The position numbers were made by a program, and so were the translations under genes. A DNA stretch of 48,512 bases from Candidatus Nomurabacteria bacterium. GTDB lineage: Bacteria > Patescibacteriota > Minisyncoccia > Phycocordibacterales > UBA9973. Under the pieces are notes generated by a model. The model searched no databases, was not told the DNA's origin, and saw only the letters and a program-made list of their open reading frames with translations. Numbering within the stretch: position 1 is the stretch's first letter; each line of letters opens with the position of its first letter. Below, one piece after another: positions 43,395-48,512 of this stretch. The stretch is taken from NCBI GenBank assembly GCA_943354205.1, contig CALRBJ010000001.1, forward strand, positions 1 to 48,512, in the 5' to 3' direction.

Positions 43395-43454
43395 CTTCCC
43401 CATTACTAAAGGGGGAAGTCGACACGAAGCGTAGCGAAGTGCGGTTAGGGGTGC
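43395..43454 (-). repeat. GC-rich composite element E1 (inverted relative to E2 at 44622-44694)
   Basis: The reverse complement starts GCACCCC..CTACGCT..GTCGAC then a C-arm/G-arm hairpin. Manual ungapped alignment to E2 matches 34 of the first 46 positions. Confidence 0.65.
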
Positions 43455-43500
43455 TTAAGTTATCCACAACCCGCACTCTTCCCACTATGTTTTTCTTTAG

Positions 43501-43509
43501 TGCTATAAT
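43501..43509 (+). promoter_or_regulatory. Extended -10 box TGCTATAAT upstream of the first pilin (about 80-nt leader with a hairpin at 43542-43559)
   Basis: Read directly. Confidence 0.4.
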
Positions 43510-43593
43510 TGGTCCATTAGAAGATTAGGTCGTTCTGCTCCTTCCCTTGGAAGAGGGAGTGGAAATAAATTAATTAAAATTAGAAAGTTTAAT

Positions 43594-44040
43594 ATGAAAA
43601 ATAACAAAGGTTTTACTTTGATTGAACTCCTCGTGGTCATCGCTATCATCGGCATCTTGGCTTCAGTAGTTCTCGCTTCTCTAGGTTCTGCTCGCAACAA
43701 AGGCAAGGACGCTGCAGTAAAGAGCCAAATGGCAAATATGCGTGCACAAGCAGAATTGTATTCACAAGCCAATACTGGAACTGGTACTGCTGCTGGTTAT
43801 GGTACAGCCTCACTATGTTCAGCTGGTATGTTTAACACTGGAACTGATAATCTTTCAAACCTAGTATCAGGCCTTACTACCGCCGGTGCTACAGGCGTGG
43901 TGTGTGGATCTACTCCAACTCTTTGGTCTGTTGGAGCCACTCTCCCTAGTAGTAGTAGTAGTTACTGGTGCGTAGACTCAACTGGTAAGTCTCAAACAGA
44001 ACCTGCTGCTCCTGCAGCCGGCGCTACTGCTTGTGTCTAA
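43594..44040 (+). CDS. Type IV (pre)pilin, major-pilin paralogue 1
   Basis: Class III signal MKNNKG/FTLIELLVVIAIIGILA (G-1, F+1, E+5). Four Cys. WCVDSTG motif shared with paralogue 2. Confidence 0.92.
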   Translation: MKNNKGFTLIELLVVIAIIGILASVVLASLGSARNKGKDAAVKSQMANMRAQAELYSQANTGTGTAAGYGTASLCSAGMFNTGTDNLSNLVSGLTTAGATGVVCGSTPTLWSVGATLPSSSSSYWCVDSTGKSQTEPAAPAAGATACV

Positions 44041-44055
44041 TCAATAGTTGATTTA

Positions 44056-44085
44056 CAAAAAACCCCGCTTGCGGGGTTTTTTGTT
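44056..44085 (+). terminator. Intrinsic terminator CAAAAAACCCCGCTTGCGGGGTTTTTTGTT (copy 1)
   Basis: A6-stem-T6. The 30-nt string is identical to 44709-44738. Confidence 0.85.
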
Positions 44086-44102
44086 GGGTGTATAATTTAA
44101 TC

Positions 44103-44615
44103 ATGAAAAATAAAAATGTGAGAGGTTTTACTTTAATAGAATTATTAGTTGTTATTGCGATTATTGGAATTTTAGCAGCGGTTATTTTGCCTTCGCTAGG
44201 TTCTTCCCGTGAAAAGGGTAAAGAGACAGCGGTAAAAGCCCAGCTTGCAAACATTCGTTCACAAGCCGAGCTTTATAACCAAACAAACGGTGGGGAATAC
44301 AATACTAGCGCCACAGTAGTAGATGCCGGTGCATCGTGCACAGCCACAGTCACTGGTTCTATGTATGATTCTACCGCCACAAACAATGCCGCTACCTTGA
44401 TAGCAGGTATTATAACTGCCGGTGGCGTACCTACTTGCTACTCAAGCTCATCTGATTGGGCGGTGGCATCTACCTTGCCGACGACAGCCGGAGGCGCATG
44501 GTGCGTAGACTCAAAAGGCACTTCTCGCGGAGCTGATGCCTCGGGCACTGCCTACGACTCAGTCACAGGTGGAACCACTCCAGCTTTGACTGTGGGTACG
44601 GCGAGTTGTAATTAA
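44103..44615 (+). CDS. Type IV (pre)pilin, major-pilin paralogue 2
   Basis: MKNKNVRG/FTLIELLVVIAIIGILA. WCVDSKG motif. Start at 44103 preferred over the track start 44088, because of leader length and TATAAT at 44091-44096. Confidence 0.9.
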   Translation: MKNKNVRGFTLIELLVVIAIIGILAAVILPSLGSSREKGKETAVKAQLANIRSQAELYNQTNGGEYNTSATVVDAGASCTATVTGSMYDSTATNNAATLIAGIITAGGVPTCYSSSSDWAVASTLPTTAGGAWCVDSKGTSRGADASGTAYDSVTGGTTPALTVGTASCN

Positions 44616-44621
44616 TTTTCT

Positions 44622-44694
44622 GCACCCCACCCCGCTCCTCACTACGCTCGGAGTCGACCCTCCCCTTGCTAAGGGGAGGGAAAGGGAGGGGTGC
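44622..44694 (+). repeat. GC-rich composite element E2, between the pilin-2 stop and its terminator
   Basis: Outer inverted repeat GCACCCC/GGGGTGC. Inner hairpin CCCTCCCC..GGGGAGGG. The 3' half, CCTCCCCT..AAGGGGAGGG.A.GGGAGGGGT, parallels the 42-bp repeat. Confidence 0.7.
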
Positions 44695-44708
44695 GAAATC
44701 TAGAACTC

Positions 44709-44738
44709 AAAAAACCCCGCTTGCGGGGTTTTTTGTTT
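44709..44738 (+). terminator. Intrinsic terminator (copy 2, identical 30 nt)
   Basis: Same string as 44056-44085. Confidence 0.85.
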
Positions 44739-44743
44739 GCCAT

Positions 44744-44752
44744 GTTATAATT
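44744..44752 (+). promoter_or_regulatory. Extended -10 box TGTTATAAT upstream of pilin 3
   Basis: Read directly, 29 nt before the ATG at 44781. Confidence 0.4.
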
Positions 44753-44780
44753 ATCCTAATTAAAATAATTTATAAATAAT

Positions 44781-45260
44781 ATGAAAAACACTAAAAAAGG
44801 TTTTACCCTAATTGAATTGCTTGTAGTCATCGCTATTATCGGCGTTCTCGCTGCGGTTATAATCGCATCAATAAATAGCGCTCGAGCTCGTGGTCGCGAC
44901 GCTCAAAGAGTTTCTGATATTCGCCAACTCTCTACTGCGCTTGAACTTTATTACAATTCGAATGGTTTTGTTTATCCAGCAAAAGGTCCGGCTTTTACGG
45001 CAAACCCATCAGTTTTAGTCACTCAAGGTTTTATTCCTAAAATCCCGACAGATCCAAGCACTGGTTCAAATTATCTATACTTTGGATTGGGTAGCGGGGC
45101 AGGCGCTTGCACGGGCTATCACTTGGGCGCCACTATGGAGAGTGGCAATGCTGTCTTGAACACCGATGCCGATGCGGCCGCAAGCACTGGTTGCGCTGGC
45201 AATGGAGGCTCTGCGGTGGATTTTGCCGGCACTGATCCTGTCTACGACATAAAAAAATAA
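44781..45260 (+). CDS. Type IV (pre)pilin / GspG-like pilin, paralogue 3
   Basis: MKNTKKG/FTLIELLVVIAIIGVLAA, then ARARGRDAQRVSDIRQL..ALELYY, typical of T2SS-G/T4 pilin N-domains. Confidence 0.9.
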   Translation: MKNTKKGFTLIELLVVIAIIGVLAAVIIASINSARARGRDAQRVSDIRQLSTALELYYNSNGFVYPAKGPAFTANPSVLVTQGFIPKIPTDPSTGSNYLYFGLGSGAGACTGYHLGATMESGNAVLNTDADAAASTGCAGNGGSAVDFAGTDPVYDIKK

Positions 45261-46066
45261 TGGACTACCTACTTGGCATAATCATATTTCTGTTTGGTAC
45301 CATAATAGGAAGCTTTTTGAATGTCGTTATATTTAGGTTCAATACCCAAAGGGGTTTGGGTGGGCGAAGCGCCTGCGCCAATTGCAATAAAAAGTTGGAA
45401 GCGCACGAGCTCATACCCGTCGTGTCCTACATACTCCAAGGAGGCAAGTGCAAGAAATGCAAAAGCAAAATTTCGGTTCAGTATCCGATAGTCGAACTGC
45501 TCTCTGGCTTGATTTTCGCTTTGCTTTTTTACAAATTGCACTATGTGCTCGCTCTATCTCCTGCCAATTTTGCTTTCATGATCGTTTACTACGCGTATCT
45601 CATGTCAATCTTGCTCGTCATCGCCGTCTACGATGCAAAACACAAAATAATTCCAAACTCTTTATCGTATCTTTTTTCTTTCGTTGCATTCTTAGGTTTA
45701 TTCTTTATCACTTCGCATGGTTTTTCTCCTCACTTGCCGACATTGGGCCAGATTCTTTCCGGCCCCTTTCTCGCTACGCCTTTTGTTTTGATTTTTCTAC
45801 TTTCACAAGGCAAGTGGATGGGTTTGGGCGATGGCAAGCTCGCGCTCGGCATAGGTTTTATGCTTGGCCTTTCGCACGGCATCGCTTCCATACTCCTTGC
45901 TTTTTGGTCGGGGGCGATCATATCGATATTTATTCTGCTCTCTCGCGCTCGTGGGTACAATATGAACAGTGAGATTCCATTTGCGCCGTTTATGATATTC
46001 GGGCTCATGATCGCTTTTTTCTTTAGTATAGATTTGGGTACGATTGCTGGCTGGTTTATTTTGTAA
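45260..46066 (+). CDS. pilD: Prepilin peptidase PilD (A24 family)
   Basis: N-terminal Cys motifs CANC...CKKC. Catalytic Asp contexts VYDAKHKIIPN and GLGDGKL. Polytopic. TAATG overlaps at both ends. Confidence 0.92.
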   Translation: MDYLLGIIIFLFGTIIGSFLNVVIFRFNTQRGLGGRSACANCNKKLEAHELIPVVSYILQGGKCKKCKSKISVQYPIVELLSGLIFALLFYKLHYVLALSPANFAFMIVYYAYLMSILLVIAVYDAKHKIIPNSLSYLFSFVAFLGLFFITSHGFSPHLPTLGQILSGPFLATPFVLIFLLSQGKWMGLGDGKLALGIGFMLGLSHGIASILLAFWSGAIISIFILLSRARGYNMNSEIPFAPFMIFGLMIAFFFSIDLGTIAGWFIL

Positions 46067-46677
46067 TGAAAAAAAATATCAAAAATAATTTAGGGTTTAC
46101 CTTCATAGAGATCATCACGGTTATTTCTATATTTTCTATTATGGCCGGAGTGGTGCTATTTAATTTTTCCGACTTTACCGACAGTGTGAATATTCAAAAT
46201 CTAATCCAAGATGTGGCGCTCGAGTTCAATCTGGCTCAGCGTTCAGCTATCACAGGCCTCATACAAACCGATCCAAACAAGCAATTCATCGCGGGTCAGC
46301 CCCCTATGTATGGTGTGTATTTCAATCAAATAGATCCTTCTAAGTTTATTTATTTCTTGTCTCCAGACGGGAATACTGTTTTGGACTACACCGGAAATCC
46401 TTTTACCAGTTGCAGTCAGAACAATGAATGTTTGGATGTGATCACCATGAATGGTGGCAATGTGTCGAATATATACATAGACAATGGCACAGGGGAGTCG
46501 GTTTGTTCTGCGCCTTGCGAGCTCTCGATCACTTTCGTCAGGCCTTTCCCAGATGCTACCATATATGCGAATGGCGTGCCGGTCTTATCCTCGGCTCGCA
46601 TAGAGATCTCTAGCGCAAGTGGAAATTTTGCGAGGTCAGTGCGCGTGAGGGCGAGTGGTCAAATAAGCGTGGAATAA
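46066..46677 (+). CDS. Minor pilin / pseudopilin
   Basis: Prepilin signal NNLG/FTFIEIITVISIFSIMAGV. Confidence 0.8.
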   Translation: MKKNIKNNLGFTFIEIITVISIFSIMAGVVLFNFSDFTDSVNIQNLIQDVALEFNLAQRSAITGLIQTDPNKQFIAGQPPMYGVYFNQIDPSKFIYFLSPDGNTVLDYTGNPFTSCSQNNECLDVITMNGGNVSNIYIDNGTGESVCSAPCELSITFVRPFPDATIYANGVPVLSSARIEISSASGNFARSVRVRASGQISVE

Positions 46678-46678
46678 T

Positions 46679-47281
46679 ATGAAAAACAACAAAGGTTTTA
46701 CAATAATAGAAATGATGATAGCGATAGCGCTTTTTGTGATCATCGTCGAGCTCGGCATCGGCGCCGCGCTAAATACTACCGATTTGCACAACAAGACCAA
46801 GGCTCTGCGCGCGCTCGAAGACAATTTGAGCTTTGTCATGGAAGACATGTCGCGAAATATTCGCCTGGGTACGAATTATCACTGTTTCAATTCCGGTGAG
46901 ACTGTGGGGCCATCCGCGTCTATCGAAAATCCACAAGACTGCCCAAACAATTCTGGCGTGGTCGCGATCGAGTCTTTCAATGGGGCTTCTGGCAATGCAA
47001 ACGATCAGATCATTTATGCTATTACAGGCTCTGGTAATTTGCAAAAGTCTAAAAACGGTGGGACCACTTTTGCCAATTTAAATTCCACGAATAATAACGA
47101 AAAAATAAGTTTCGATGTATTGCGTTCTGGTTTTACCGTCATCGGTTCTGACAATCTAGCTAGCAATGACTATTCACAGCCGAGAGTGATCATCCGTCTT
47201 TCTGGCAGTATAGAATACAAGAGTCAGGATTATCCTTTTAACATAGAGACCACTGTGTCTGCTCGCGCCACTGATGATTAA
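46679..47281 (+). CDS. Minor pilin / pseudopilin
   Basis: MKNNKG/FTIIEMMIAIALFVIIV. Confidence 0.8.
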   Translation: MKNNKGFTIIEMMIAIALFVIIVELGIGAALNTTDLHNKTKALRALEDNLSFVMEDMSRNIRLGTNYHCFNSGETVGPSASIENPQDCPNNSGVVAIESFNGASGNANDQIIYAITGSGNLQKSKNGGTTFANLNSTNNNEKISFDVLRSGFTVIGSDNLASNDYSQPRVIIRLSGSIEYKSQDYPFNIETTVSARATDD

Positions 47282-47930
47282 ATATATGAATAAAATTTCC
47301 AATTTCCAATTTCCAATTTTCAAGAAAGCCGAGTCAAAGAATGGTGGCTTTACGATTATCGAAACACTCGTGGCCATTTCTATTTTTACCGTTTCTATCC
47401 TAGGCATCATTGTGGCGACATCTTTCGGTATTTCAGATTCCACTTATGTAAAGAATCGCCTGACTGCCACATATCTGGCACAAGAAGGCCTAGAGCTCGT
47501 GCACAATGTCCGAGATTCCCAATCTCTCTATGCTGATAGCAATGGTTGGGATCATTTTCTCTCCTCGCTTTCCTCATGTCTACCTACGGGAACTAGTTCT
47601 GGTTGCGATATAGATCCTCGCGCTGATCTTTTTGGTGGGCCGATTAGTTTTTCTGGCACACCAGTTCCAGTAGCATCGTGCCCGATCTCTGGTTGTTCTC
47701 TTGTTTACAATCAAAACAATGGCTTTTATGAGCGTAGCGCAAATAGCCAGGCTACTTTTAAAAGATATGTCACCATCGGCGGGTCCAATCCTCTTTGGAT
47801 AAATTACAATCCCGAAGGCGAGGTCAGTGTGGTTTCTACGGTCACATTTACTTATGGTGACAAGGTGGGGACTGTCTCTATGTCGGAGAATTTATTAAAT
47901 TGGATAGATCCAGTCGGTTCTAGCAATTAA
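47274..47930 (+). CDS. Minor pilin / pseudopilin (alternative start 47287)
   Basis: ...SKNGG/FTIIETLVAISIFTVSILGII. Confidence 0.78.
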   Translation: MIKYMNKISNFQFPIFKKAESKNGGFTIIETLVAISIFTVSILGIIVATSFGISDSTYVKNRLTATYLAQEGLELVHNVRDSQSLYADSNGWDHFLSSLSSCLPTGTSSGCDIDPRADLFGGPISFSGTPVPVASCPISGCSLVYNQNNGFYERSANSQATFKRYVTIGGSNPLWINYNPEGEVSVVSTVTFTYGDKVGTVSMSENLLNWIDPVGSSN

Positions 47931-47933
47931 AAA

Positions 47934-48485
47934 ATGAAAAAAAATATTTTTAAAAATAAATATCAAAATAAAAATAAAGGCTTTGTCATTCTCTATTCTG
48001 TTTTGGTGGCGAGCATACTGCTCTCGGTAGCTCTTGGTATTTCCAGTATTTCCTTGAAAGAGATCAGGCTCTCTGCGAGTGCCAAAGAGGGCAATGTCGC
48101 TTTCTTCGCCGCTGACACTGGCGTCGAGTGCGGATTATTTTTCGACAAAAAAGGATATTTTGATCCTGGTAATCAGCCGGTAAATCCGATATTTTGCAAT
48201 GCTTCACCGGTGACTATCACTTCAGGCGTAGGCACTAGTTTTGACTTTACTATTTCTAATTCTGGTGGAGGAAATGCTATAGTGCATGTGATCAAAGACA
48301 CAGTAAATGGTTCTACCACCATAGATTCCAAGGGGTACAATACAAATGTTCTAAACGCTCCAAACAGGGTAGAGCGCGAAATAGAAGTTACCTATGCCCT
48401 TACCTCTACTCCTCCTGCCGGTGGTGGGTCAGGTGGAGGCTCGGGCGGAGGTTCTGGTGGCGGAGGAGGCGGATCAGGAATCTAA
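47934..48485 (+). CDS. PilX/GspK-like minor pilin lacking Glu+5, with a Gly/Ser-rich C-terminal tail
   Basis: NKG/FVILYSVLVASILLSVALGIS (no E at +5). Ends PPAGGGSGGGSGGGSGGGGGGSGI. Confidence 0.75.
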   Translation: MKKNIFKNKYQNKNKGFVILYSVLVASILLSVALGISSISLKEIRLSASAKEGNVAFFAADTGVECGLFFDKKGYFDPGNQPVNPIFCNASPVTITSGVGTSFDFTISNSGGGNAIVHVIKDTVNGSTTIDSKGYNTNVLNAPNRVEREIEVTYALTSTPPAGGGSGGGSGGGSGGGGGGSGI

Positions 48486-48512
48486 TTTTTATAAATATGG
48501 ATGATCAGAAAA

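Noticed and set aside
44088-44102. Track start codon at 44088 for pilin 2 (MYNLIMKNKN...)
   Set aside because: It would give an atypically long prepilin leader, and the codons overlap a TATAAT box. The start at 44103 gives the leader MKNKNVRG, matching the other two pilins.
48497-48512. ATG GAT GAT CAG AAA A at the window edge as the start of another gene
   Set aside because: Only five codons are visible, too little to support a feature call.

Overview
The window reads as one contiguous chromosomal segment of a small-genome, CPR/Patescibacteria-like (Parcubacteria-type) bacterium. That placement is an inference from gene content: no L30 gene, start codons without Shine-Dalgarno motifs, a DUF5663-like gene, and a secretin-less type IV pilus locus. 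The standard genetic code applies, since TAA, TAG and TGA all terminate clearly recognisable genes.

Layout:
1. 1-12.7 kb: 3' part of tuf, then a compact S10/spc ribosomal-protein superoperon (rpsJ to rplO), followed by secY-adk-map. rpmC (L29) and rpmD (L30) are absent from their canonical slots.
2. 12.7-17.7 kb: accessory stretch replacing the usual infA...rpoA continuation. It holds an orphan 224-aa ORF, a 915-aa soluble VirD4/TraG-like P-loop ATPase, a hicB-hicA toxin-antitoxin pair and a 194-aa ORF.
3. 17.8-26.2 kb: housekeeping genes. These are ndk, a candidate structured RNA, a beta-CASP/MBL nuclease, a TIGR00725-like protein, infC-rpmI-rplT, tmRNA plus smpB, an orphan MazF/PemK-like toxin, ftsH and tRNA-Ile(UAU).
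4. 26.2-30.5 kb: orphan envelope genes, including a 1057-aa membrane protein coupled to a DUF5663-like ORF.
5. 30.5-36 kb: recG co-oriented with a sensor-less histidine kinase and a receiver-only response regulator, tRNA-Ser, an acyltransferase and comFC.
6. 36-48.5 kb: a complete monoderm-type type IV pilus/competence-pilus locus. Gene order is pilM-N-O, pilB, a CheY-like receiver, pilT, pilC, three major-pilin paralogues, pilD and four minor pilins.

Most notable non-genic signals:
- A conserved 35-bp five-heptad element upstream of rpsJ, rplB and rplX.
- A family of GC-rich hairpin repeats, including a 42-bp exact duplicate 16.5 kb apart and an inverted pair bracketing two pilin genes.
- Terminator/promoter modules inside the ribosomal operon.
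- An in-frame TAG splitting pilB.
- A promoter-to-terminator candidate ncRNA at 18.5-18.7 kb.
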